Positions 39,774 through 48,308 of a stretch of DNA of 64,000 nt are shown in pieces. The stretch is from contig VGET01000001.1 of NCBI GenBank assembly GCA_016869195.1, positions 2,800-66,799 of the forward strand, written 5' to 3'. The translations under genes were made by a program, and so were the position numbers. Below the pieces are notes generated by a model. The model was not told the DNA's origin. It did no database searches and was given only the letters and a program-made list of their open reading frames with translations. This DNA comes from Alphaproteobacteria bacterium. Its GTDB lineage: Bacteria; Pseudomonadota; Alphaproteobacteria; UBA828. Every line of letters starts with the position of its first letter. Positions within the stretch are counted from its first letter, which is position 1.

Positions 39774-40580
39774 ATGAAACATCGGACGGTTGGCATCGCG
39801 GGCCTGGGCGCGATCGGGCAGAAGGTCGCGCTCTGGCTGCGCGAGAATCAGGACGGCTTCACGCTAAGCGCAGTCGCCTCGGGCGATGCGGAAAAAGCCA
39901 AGGCCTGGCTCGCAGCGGCACGCCTCACCGCGCCTGTGGTCGCGCCGGCCGAGCTCGCCAAGCGCGCCGAGATCATCGTCGAGGTCGCGCCGGCCGCCGC
40001 CTTTGCCGCGATCGCACGGCCCGCGATCGAGGCCGGGCGCGTGCTCATGGTGCTGACCTCGAGCGCGCTCCTGACCCATGGTGACCTGATGGACCTGGCC
40101 GCCAAGCGCGGCGCCCGCATCCTGGTGCCGACGGGGGCGCTGCTCGGCATGGACGCCGTGGTCGCGGCGGCCCAGGGCCCGGTCGAATCGGTCATGCTCT
40201 CGACGCGGAAACCGCCGCGCGGCCTGGCCGGCGCGCCCTACCTCGTGACGCACGCGATTGACGTGGCCGCGATCACCGGCCCGACCCGCGTGTTCGCCGG
40301 CAGCGCGCGCGAGGCGGCCGCGGGCTTCCCTGCCAATGTCAACGTCGCGGCGACGCTCGCGCTGGCCGGCATCGGGCCCGACCGCACCCAGGTCGAGATC
40401 TGGGCGGACCCGAATGTCAGCCGCAACATCCACCGCATCACCGTGCGCGCCGAGGCCGCCAATTTCTCAATGGAAATCGAAAACGTGCCGTCGGAGAACC
40501 CGCGCACCGGGCGGCTCACACCGCTCTCCGTGATCGCCGCGCTGAAGCGCCTCGACGCGCCGGTGGTGATTGGTACCTGA
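39774..40580 (+). CDS. nadX: L-aspartate dehydrogenase-like protein (NadX/DUF108 family).
   Basis: It has an N-terminal GIAGLGAIG Rossmann motif, is about 268 aa, and has an overall NadX-like layout. Confidence 0.5.
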   Translation: MKHRTVGIAGLGAIGQKVALWLRENQDGFTLSAVASGDAEKAKAWLAAARLTAPVVAPAELAKRAEIIVEVAPAAAFAAIARPAIEAGRVLMVLTSSALLTHGDLMDLAAKRGARILVPTGALLGMDAVVAAAQGPVESVMLSTRKPPRGLAGAPYLVTHAIDVAAITGPTRVFAGSAREAAAGFPANVNVAATLALAGIGPDRTQVEIWADPNVSRNIHRITVRAEAANFSMEIENVPSENPRTGRLTPLSVIAALKRLDAPVVIGT

Positions 40581-40581
40581 C

Positions 40582-41196
40582 CTAAGCCCGCGGCCGGCGC
40601 ATCTCGAAGATGGTCTCGACCACCGTGAAGTCGTGATAGCCGAGGCGCGCGATCGGCCTGACCAGCGACAGATCGACGCGTCCGTTGCGGATCACCTCAT
40701 CCGCGATATGCACGCCGACGACGCGCCCGATTCCGACGGCGTTGCGCTCTTCGGGATCGTTCGAGGGCAGCTCGATGGTCTGGTGATAGACGCATTCGAG
40801 ATGGATGGGTGATTCGGCGACCCGCGGTGGCTTGACCAGGCGCGAGGGCACGGGCGTCAGGCCCGCCAGGGAGAGCTCGTCCACCTCGGGCGGTACCGGC
40901 GCCGAGGTGCGGTTCATCTGCTCGCGCAGCTTGTAGGTCGCGAGGTTGAAGACGAACTCGCCGGTCGCCTCGATGTTCCGGAGCGTATCCTTCGGGCCAT
41001 GCGGGTCGCGCCCGGTGGTGGCGAACATCACCATGGGCGGGTCTTCGGCCACCGCGTTGAAGAAGCTATAGGGCGCGAGGTTGACGATGCCCTCCCGCGA
41101 CAGGGTGGTGAGCCAGCCGATCGGGCGCGGCGCCACACAGGCCTTAAATGGGTCGTAGCTGAGCCCATGCGCCATGGTGGCGGTCTCGTAGAACAT
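40582..41196 (-). CDS. Flavin reductase-like FMN-binding domain protein.
   Basis: ..FKACVAPRPIGWLTT..GIVNLAPYSFF.. is typical of the HpaC/NTA-MoB flavin reductase family. Confidence 0.6.
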   Translation of the reverse strand: MFYETATMAHGLSYDPFKACVAPRPIGWLTTLSREGIVNLAPYSFFNAVAEDPPMVMFATTGRDPHGPKDTLRNIEATGEFVFNLATYKLREQMNRTSAPVPPEVDELSLAGLTPVPSRLVKPPRVAESPIHLECVYHQTIELPSNDPEERNAVGIGRVVGVHIADEVIRNGRVDLSLVRPIARLGYHDFTVVETIFEMRRPRA

Positions 41197-41415
41197 CGCG
41201 GGGTCTCCTCGTTCGATGCTTGATCATGGCCCGGCCGCCGGCCCCAAGTCACGGCTGGTCGCGCGCCCTGGTCTGACCTCCCCTCGAGCGCCCCACCGGT
41301 TGCCAGTGGGCCGAATCGTGTAATAACGTGGCGCCCAAGCCGAGCGCAGCGGCACGCCAAAGTCGCCGGCTCGAGGGGCTGCGCACCCGGGGCTGGCAAC
41401 AATGAGCGGGAGGAC

Positions 41416-42651
41416 TTGATGGCATTCTCACGCAGGCGGTTCTTGCAGGCCTCGGGCGCCGGCCTCGCGATCGCAGGGTTCCCGGCGATCATCCGGAGCG
41501 CGCGCGCCGATGATGTGGTCAAGGTCGCGGCCATGCATGACCGCACCGGCAGCCACGGCATCTACGGCAAGGAAATGGATGACGCGGCCAAGTTCGTGAC
41601 CGAGGAGATCAACGCCGCCGGCGGCGTGATGGGCAAGAAGATCGAGCTGACCGCGTTCGACACCGGCTCGAACATGCAGAACTACGCGCAATACGCCCAG
41701 CGCGTGGCGACGCAGGACAAGGTGTCGGTCGTGTTCGGCGGCATCTCCTCCGCCTCGCGCGAGACCGTTCGCCCGATCTTCGATCGTTACAAGATGCTGT
41801 ACTTCTACAGCACGTTCTATGAGGGCGGCGTGTGCGACAAGACGGTGTTCGTCAATGCCGAGACACCGGCGCAGATGATCGGCCCGGCGCTCGAATATTC
41901 GACCGGCAAGTACAACGCCAAGAAGCTCTACACCATTTGGGCCGACTACAATTACGGCCAGATCTGCTCGAAGTGGCTGAACGGCTTCGCCAAGCAGAAG
42001 GGCTATGAGATCGTGGCGGCGGAGTTCTTCCCGCTCGACGTGTCGGACTTCTCCTCGACCATCACCAAGATCCAGCAGGCGAAGCCTGACATGGTGGTGT
42101 CGGGCCTCGTCGGCGCCGCGCACATCGGCTTCTACCGCCAGTGGCCGGCGGCCGGCATGCTCGGCAAGATCCCGCTGCACTCGACCGTGTTCGGCCCGTG
42201 GGAAAAGGCCGCGCTCAAGGCCGAGGAAATCGAGGGTCTGGTCACCTCGTTCCACTATTTCCAGACCGTCGATTCGCCCGCAAACAAAGCGTTCATCGAG
42301 AAGTGGCATGCCAAGTTCGGCGCCGACTATGCCGAGCTCGGCACGCTCGCGGTCTGCACCTACAACTCGTTCTACCTGTGGAAGGCCGCGGTCGAGAAGG
42401 CCGGCAGCTTCGAGCGCGAGAAGGTGATCGAGGCACTCGAGAGCCCGGTCTCGTTCGACGGCCCGGGCGGCAAGGTGACGGTGCATACCGGCAGCCACCA
42501 CTCGAACATGGCGATCAACATCACCGAGGTGACGGGCGGCCAGTTCAAGATCATCAAGACGGTCGATAACGTCGAGCCGTCGGACACCTCATCGGTCTGC
42601 GACCTGATCAAGAACCCGAACCAGGCAACCCAGTACATCCCCGAGGGTTGA
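41416..42651 (+). CDS. Periplasmic substrate-binding protein of a Liv-type ABC system (UrtA/FmdD/AmiC-like amide, urea or amino-acid binding).
   Basis: It has a Tat/Sec signal (RRRFLQASGAGLAIAG) and a type-I PBP fold, and is followed by LivH/LivM-type permeases. Confidence 0.6.
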   Translation: MMAFSRRRFLQASGAGLAIAGFPAIIRSARADDVVKVAAMHDRTGSHGIYGKEMDDAAKFVTEEINAAGGVMGKKIELTAFDTGSNMQNYAQYAQRVATQDKVSVVFGGISSASRETVRPIFDRYKMLYFYSTFYEGGVCDKTVFVNAETPAQMIGPALEYSTGKYNAKKLYTIWADYNYGQICSKWLNGFAKQKGYEIVAAEFFPLDVSDFSSTITKIQQAKPDMVVSGLVGAAHIGFYRQWPAAGMLGKIPLHSTVFGPWEKAALKAEEIEGLVTSFHYFQTVDSPANKAFIEKWHAKFGADYAELGTLAVCTYNSFYLWKAAVEKAGSFEREKVIEALESPVSFDGPGGKVTVHTGSHHSNMAINITEVTGGQFKIIKTVDNVEPSDTSSVCDLIKNPNQATQYIPEG

Positions 42652-42767
42652 GCACGGTTCGACCGCTGGCGAAAGAATGCCCCGGGCTCGGAGGCCCGAG
42701 CTCGGGGTCACCCCTCGGTGTTTCGCCTAGTCCTCTTTTCCTGACTCAGGGAGGCTGATCGCCCGAC

Positions 42768-43634
42768 ATGGACGTCGCCGCGATCACCATCATCCAGATC
42801 ATCAACATGATCTCGATGCTCGCGCTGATGAGCATCGGGCTCGCGGTCATTTTCGGCATGATGCGCGTGATCAATCTCGCGCATGGCGAGTTCCTGATGC
42901 TGGGCACCTATGCGGTGCTGGTGCCAGCCAAGCTCGGCGTCAACATCTGGATCTCGATGTTCATCATCGCGCCGATCTTCGTCGGCCTAGTGGGCGTGTT
43001 GGTTGAGCGCATCATCGTCCGCCGGCTCTACGGCCGCATGATGGACACGCTGCTCGCAACCTGGGGTCTCAGCCTCCTGATCATCGGCATCATGACGACC
43101 ATCTTCGGCAACACGATGGAAGGCGTCTCGACGCCGTTCGGCAATTTCTCCATCGGTGAGATCGCCGAGAGCCAGTACAAGTTCTTCATAATCGGCATCG
43201 CGGCGGCGCTGATGGCAGCCGTCTTTGTCGTGCTGAAATACACCAAGCTCGGCCTGATCGCGCGCGGCACCATGCAGAACGCCAACATGGCGAGCGCGCT
43301 CGGCATCAGCCCCTCGACCGTCTACACCGCGACCTTCGGCATCGGCGCGGCGCTGACGGGCTTCGCCGGCGCCGTGCTCGCGCCCGTCATCGGCGCGGCG
43401 CCCACGCTTGGCGTCGCCTATGTCGCCAAGGCCTTCATCACGGTCATCGGCGGCGGGCAGGCGATCCTCACCGGCACGGCGAGCGCCTCCGGCGTGTTCG
43501 GCGTGATCAACCAGGTCGTGACGTACTTCTCCACACCGGTGCTGGGCGAGGTCGCGCTCCTGATCGGCGCCGTCCTGCTATTGCGTGTGCTGCCACAAGG
43601 CATCACGGGACGGTTCTTCCGGAGGGGCCTGTGA
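42768..43634 (+). CDS. Branched-chain amino acid/urea-type ABC transporter permease (LivH/UrtB-like).
   Basis: It has about eight TM helices and a LivH family layout. Confidence 0.65.
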   Translation: MDVAAITIIQIINMISMLALMSIGLAVIFGMMRVINLAHGEFLMLGTYAVLVPAKLGVNIWISMFIIAPIFVGLVGVLVERIIVRRLYGRMMDTLLATWGLSLLIIGIMTTIFGNTMEGVSTPFGNFSIGEIAESQYKFFIIGIAAALMAAVFVVLKYTKLGLIARGTMQNANMASALGISPSTVYTATFGIGAALTGFAGAVLAPVIGAAPTLGVAYVAKAFITVIGGGQAILTGTASASGVFGVINQVVTYFSTPVLGEVALLIGAVLLLRVLPQGITGRFFRRGL

Positions 43635-44662
43635 GCCTGTTTCAGACGCGCTGGAGCGGCCCCTTGATGGTGCTCGTGATCGCAGCGCTGTTGCTCACGC
43701 TGATCCCGGCCTTTGCGCCGGCCTATGTCGCGCTTCAGCTCACGCTTTACTTCTCCTTCGGCATTCTGGGCCTCAGCCTCGCCTGGGTGTGGGGCTATGG
43801 CGGCATCTTCTCCTTCGGCCAGGCGGCCTTTTTTGGCCTTGGCGGCTATTCCTATGCGGTCGCCTCGATCAATCTCAGCGGCTCGACCGTGGCGATCCTG
43901 ATCGGCCTCGCGGTGCCGACCGCGTTCGCCGTGCTGCTCGGCTATTTCATGTTCTATGGGCGCCTGAGCGGCGTGTACCTCGCGGTGATCACGCTCGTCG
44001 TGACGCTCGCGATCCACAAATTCCTCGGCCACACCGCGGGCTTCGAATATCGCATCGGCACCGCCCATCTCGGCGGTTACAACGGCATGCCGGCGCTGCC
44101 GCCGATCAACGTGCCAGGCGATGTCTCGAAGTTCCTCTGGCCGGAGGACATGTACTACGCGACCGGGATCATGCTGCTCGCGGTCTATTTCGGCCTGCGC
44201 TGGCTGCTGACCACCGCCTTCGGCCGGCGTGTCATCGCGGTGCGCGAGAACGAGTTGCGTGCCGAGCTGCTCGGTTATGACACGCGGCTCTATAAGCTCG
44301 CGACCTTCGCGCTCGGCGCGTTCATCGCGGGGCTCGGTGGCATCCTGTTCGCCAATTGGAACTCGTTCATCGACCCGCATGTGTTCGAGCTCGGCTTCGG
44401 CGCGCAGATCATCATCTGGGTGGTCGTCGGCGGGCTTGGCACTCTGATCGGGCCGATATTGGGCGCGATGCTGCTCGGCTTCGCGGCCGTCGAGCTCGGC
44501 ACGCAGCAAACGATCGACCCGAACGTGATCCTCGGCGCGATCCTGCTCGTCTTCGTGTTGATCGTTCCGCAGGGAGTCGTGCCCTCGGTTCGCACCGTCA
44601 TGGCCTGGTGGAAACAGGTCAGGGCCAACAAGCGAGCATTGGCCGCTGCTCAGGTCCGATAG
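43631..44662 (+). CDS. Branched-chain amino acid/urea-type ABC transporter permease (LivM/UrtC-like).
   Basis: It has about nine TM helices, and its start overlaps the upstream stop codon. Confidence 0.65.
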   Translation: MSLFQTRWSGPLMVLVIAALLLTLIPAFAPAYVALQLTLYFSFGILGLSLAWVWGYGGIFSFGQAAFFGLGGYSYAVASINLSGSTVAILIGLAVPTAFAVLLGYFMFYGRLSGVYLAVITLVVTLAIHKFLGHTAGFEYRIGTAHLGGYNGMPALPPINVPGDVSKFLWPEDMYYATGIMLLAVYFGLRWLLTTAFGRRVIAVRENELRAELLGYDTRLYKLATFALGAFIAGLGGILFANWNSFIDPHVFELGFGAQIIIWVVVGGLGTLIGPILGAMLLGFAAVELGTQQTIDPNVILGAILLVFVLIVPQGVVPSVRTVMAWWKQVRANKRALAAAQVR

Positions 44663-45525
44663 CGCTTTTCGAGCGCGTCCCACGCGGGCTTATTCACGAC
44701 CCGTTGGCGCTCGGCGAAGCTCGCCAGCCGATCGCCGACGCGATCGAGCCCGCCATCTGCTTTGAGCGCTGAGAGCACCTCCTGCATCGCCTTGACCGCG
44801 GCTTGAAGCGCCGCGTTGGCGTAAAGCACGAGCCCGAAGCCAAGGCCCGCAAGCTCCGCCTGGGAGAGCGCTGGCGTGCGGCCGCCAAACACCATGTTCG
44901 CCAGCTGCGGTACGCTGAGCGTACGCGCAATCTGGGCCAGCTCGTCGCGGCTCTCAGGGGCCTCGACGAAGGTCGCGTCCGCGCCGGCCTCGATGTAGGC
45001 GCCCGCGCGATCGAGCGCAGCAGCGAGGCCCTGAACCGAACGCGCGTCGGTGCGCGCGATGATGAGAAAATCACGCGAGGTGCGCGTATCGACCGCGGCT
45101 TTCACCTTCGCGACCATCTCCCCGGTCGGAATTACTTCCTGGCCAGAGAAGTGCCCGCAGCGCTTCGGGAACACCTGATCCTCGACCTGGATCGCATTGG
45201 CGCCGGCGCGTTCCAACGTACGCACGGTGCGCACCATGTTGAGCGGGTTGCCGAAGCCAGTGTCGGCATCGACCACGAGCGGCAGATCGCAGATCTCAGC
45301 GATGGTGGTCACCGTGTCGGCCAGCTCGCTCAACGTGACGAGCCCGATATCGGGCAGGCCGAGGCGCGTATTGGCGATGCCGGCACCGGTGACATAGACG
45401 GTCTCAAAGCCGGCATCGGCGATGAGGCGTGCGGTCAGCGCATTCGCTGCGCCGGGCGCCAGCACCGCGCGCCGCGCTTCCAGCAAGCCGCGCAGGCGCG
45501 CGCCCTTGGTCACCTCACTCGCCAT
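44650..45525 (-). CDS. Isocitrate lyase/PEP mutase-family enzyme (2-methylisocitrate lyase / carboxyvinyl-carboxyphosphonate phosphorylmutase-like).
   Basis: ..ANALTARLIADAGFETVYVTGAG.. and ..IARTDA.. are motifs of the ICL/PEPM superfamily. Confidence 0.55.
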   Translation of the reverse strand: MASEVTKGARLRGLLEARRAVLAPGAANALTARLIADAGFETVYVTGAGIANTRLGLPDIGLVTLSELADTVTTIAEICDLPLVVDADTGFGNPLNMVRTVRTLERAGANAIQVEDQVFPKRCGHFSGQEVIPTGEMVAKVKAAVDTRTSRDFLIIARTDARSVQGLAAALDRAGAYIEAGADATFVEAPESRDELAQIARTLSVPQLANMVFGGRTPALSQAELAGLGFGLVLYANAALQAAVKAMQEVLSALKADGGLDRVGDRLASFAERQRVVNKPAWDALEKRYRT

Positions 45526-45532
45526 GCCAGCC

Positions 45533-46813
45533 TCACTCCCAAGATTGCGCGAGCCGCAAAGGGTCGGGCGGCGGCAGCGGCTTCAGTTTTGTTCGTGGAA
45601 CATAGAGCTGTCCGGCCATGAGCCGACGCGCGGTGCGGAACACGGTCGCTGTGCCGGCACGGGCCGTGCCATTTTCGATTCGCACCGAGGCATCGACCGG
45701 CAGCACGCCCGAGGGATGGCCGATACGCACCGGCGCGCCGGCCGATTCAGGCGGACGACAGAGCGCATGCACGAGCGTGCCGGGCACGCGCGCCGCAACC
45801 GCCGCACACATGGCGCCGGTCAAGGGAATCGCGTTGTGCGGCACGCCCATCGAAATCATGCGGATCAAAACGTCGATCGACGCCGCCGGCAGGCGCCGCC
45901 CATCCAACAGGCGTGACTCGGCGGGCGCGGCCACCATCGCCACCTTCGGGCTCGAGGGCGTGCTTGTGGTCGCCTCCTCGGCGTTGCGCGCCAGCCCCAT
46001 CATCACCGCCGCCGCGCCGCGAATGGCTTCGAGGGTGCGCATGATCATGGCGTTGGCGCGGATCTGACTGGGTTGCTCCGTCGCACTTGCGCCAAGCGCG
46101 CGCGCCTCGACGAACAGCACCGGGTTGGTGGCATCGACCAGCGAGCCCTGGATCTTGCGCCCATCAGGCAGTGCGAACTCGTCGATCGTATTTCCGGTCG
46201 GCAGCAACCGCCCCGACACGGCGCCACCCGGATCCTCGAAATCGAGGCGGATGCGGGACCCCGCACCCGCGACGCCATCGATCGTGAAGCCACCGTCGAT
46301 CGCCGCCGCGCCGCCCCGTGCCTCGAGATGACACAGCACGCGCTTCTTCGTGTTGGTGTTGAACATGCGCACGGTGCACGGGCCATCCTTGGCCGTGACG
46401 AGCCCTTCATCGAGCGCGAAGGCGCCGACCGCGGAGGAGAGATTGCCGCAATTGGAGCGGTAATCGACCATGGCGATATCGACCGCGACCTGCCCGAACG
46501 TGTAGTCGATATCGCAATCAGGCCGCGCCGAGGGCTCGATGATCATCACCTTGGAGAGCGAGGAAATGCCGCCGCCCATGCCATCGAGCTGGCGGCCATA
46601 GGAATCCGGGCTGCCGAGCGCGGCCGTGAAGACGGCGTCCCACAGCGCGCGCTCGATCGGCAGATCGCGCTTGTGGAAAAAGAGCCCCTTGCTCGAGCCG
46701 CCTCGCATGAAGATGGCGGGCAGCGTCGTTTGATCCACGCCCCTGCCCTCGCGCTCAGGCCGCCGAGGGCTGGCGCACGCGCGCCGCCGCATGCTGTCCT
46801 GCAGCCCGGCCAA
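45533..46813 (-). CDS. PrpF-family isomerase (2-methylaconitate/aconitate isomerase-like, DUF453).
   Basis: ..LPAIFMRGGSSKGLFF.. matches the conserved PrpF N-terminus. The true start is probably internal (GTG near 46738). Confidence 0.55.
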   Translation of the reverse strand: MAGLQDSMRRRACASPRRPEREGRGVDQTTLPAIFMRGGSSKGLFFHKRDLPIERALWDAVFTAALGSPDSYGRQLDGMGGGISSLSKVMIIEPSARPDCDIDYTFGQVAVDIAMVDYRSNCGNLSSAVGAFALDEGLVTAKDGPCTVRMFNTNTKKRVLCHLEARGGAAAIDGGFTIDGVAGAGSRIRLDFEDPGGAVSGRLLPTGNTIDEFALPDGRKIQGSLVDATNPVLFVEARALGASATEQPSQIRANAMIMRTLEAIRGAAAVMMGLARNAEEATTSTPSSPKVAMVAAPAESRLLDGRRLPAASIDVLIRMISMGVPHNAIPLTGAMCAAVAARVPGTLVHALCRPPESAGAPVRIGHPSGVLPVDASVRIENGTARAGTATVFRTARRLMAGQLYVPRTKLKPLPPPDPLRLAQSWE

Positions 46814-48254
46814 AGACCGCGCCGCGCAGCACCGAGGTTGCCCCGGTATAGGTCCCGTAATAAAGGCCGATCACCTCGCCGCCCGCGTAAAGGCCGGGGA
46901 TCACCACGCCATCACCGTCAAGCACCTGGGCGTCGCGATTGACCTTTAGGCCGCCGAAGGTGAAGCAATTGGCGCAGATGATCGGATAAGCGAGGAACGG
47001 CGCGCGATCGATCGGCCGTGCCCAGTTCGATTTCTTCGGGTCGAGCCCATGGGTCGCGAGACCGTCCGTCGCGAGCGGCTTGAACGGGGCATTGCTCGTG
47101 CAGGCCGCGTTGTAGCGCGCGATCGTCTCGCCCAGCGCCGCGCCATTGATGCCGAGCTGCTCCGCGAGCGAAGTGATGCTTGGCGCGCTGATCGGTGGCC
47201 GATCCGTGCGCACCGATTTCTTCCAGTTCGGCACATCGTCAATTTTCGAATCAAGGATGACCCACGCGATGCCCTCGGGCTGATGCCAGATGCGCCGCGT
47301 GATCCCCTCATAGGTGGCATCCACCGTGCTGGGCGCCTCATCGAGGAAGCGCTGACCGAGCCTGTTCACCAGAATGCCGTAGTTGAACACCATGATGACG
47401 GGCTCCGGCTGGCCCGAGCGTGGATCGATCGGCTCGGCATGGAACGCGCCATAGTCGCCCGATGGGCACGCGCCGATCTCAAGCGCCATGCGAATGCCTT
47501 CGCCCTTGTTGTAATAGCCGCCGCGCGCGACCGGGCGGATATAGCGCGCCTCAGGCCCGACATAGCGGGCCAGCATCTCCGGGTTTCCCTCGAAGCCGCC
47601 TGAGGCCAGAATGATCGAGCCGCCGATGAAGCTGCGGGTCGCGCCGGATTTGTCCGTAGCGCGCACGCCGATGACGGCGCCGGCCTCGTTGCGCACCAGC
47701 GAGCGCGCCGAAGTTTCATAGAAGATCTCGATGCCGTTGGCCTCGGCCCAGCCGGCGAGCGCCTCGACCAGCGCGAGGCCGCCGCCGATCGGCGCGATGC
47801 GCGTGGTGCAAGTGGTGATGAAGTAATTCGGCAGAAAGTCGAACTTCAGCCCGAACGACTTCAGCCATTGCAGGGTCGGCCCGGCACGCTCGGCGAAGCT
47901 GCCGATCAGTTCAGGATCGGTGAAACCTAGGGTCTTCACAATCGAAGGCCAGTGCTCATAGGCGTTGCCGGCCTCGCGCACCAGCGCGGGATCAAGGTAG
48001 TGGCCCGAGTTTTCGGCCAGATGATGTTCGAAATCATCCGCCACTTCGTGCTCGCTCTTCATGCGCATGAAGGCCTCGGTCCAGCGCGTGTTGCCACCGC
48101 GCTCCTCGCGCGGCGCGCGCTCGAGCACGGCGACCCGGGCGCCCGCCTGCCGCGCCGAGACCGCGGCGGACAACCCGGCAATGCCGCAGCCGACCACCAC
48201 CACGTCGTACGTTTGTGACCCCATGACCGACCCTATCTCGCCCGCCTGTTTCAC
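46755..48254 (-). CDS. FAD-dependent oxidoreductase of the fumarate reductase/succinate dehydrogenase flavoprotein type (TcuA-like).
   Basis: It has an N-terminal DVVVVGCGIAGLSAA dinucleotide-binding motif and a C-terminal ..GLYAGGEV.. motif. The likely start is 48224. Confidence 0.5.
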   Translation of the reverse strand: MKQAGEIGSVMGSQTYDVVVVGCGIAGLSAAVSARQAGARVAVLERAPREERGGNTRWTEAFMRMKSEHEVADDFEHHLAENSGHYLDPALVREAGNAYEHWPSIVKTLGFTDPELIGSFAERAGPTLQWLKSFGLKFDFLPNYFITTCTTRIAPIGGGLALVEALAGWAEANGIEIFYETSARSLVRNEAGAVIGVRATDKSGATRSFIGGSIILASGGFEGNPEMLARYVGPEARYIRPVARGGYYNKGEGIRMALEIGACPSGDYGAFHAEPIDPRSGQPEPVIMVFNYGILVNRLGQRFLDEAPSTVDATYEGITRRIWHQPEGIAWVILDSKIDDVPNWKKSVRTDRPPISAPSITSLAEQLGINGAALGETIARYNAACTSNAPFKPLATDGLATHGLDPKKSNWARPIDRAPFLAYPIICANCFTFGGLKVNRDAQVLDGDGVVIPGLYAGGEVIGLYYGTYTGATSVLRGAVFGRAAGQHAAARVRQPSAA

Positions 48255-48308
48255 CTGATCGACAGGCGGCTAGATTGATGCTTAGGTCCGGCCACGGCAA
48301 CCCCTCGG

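Noticed and set aside
41290-41400. A possible sigma54 (-24/-12) promoter upstream of the amide/urea-type SBP gene, which includes an 8-bp inverted repeat GTTGCCAG...CTGGCAAC.
   Set aside because: The GG-N10-GC spacing is not satisfied by the candidate GGCACG...GC stretches. The inverted repeat arms are about 95 nt apart and give no clear function.
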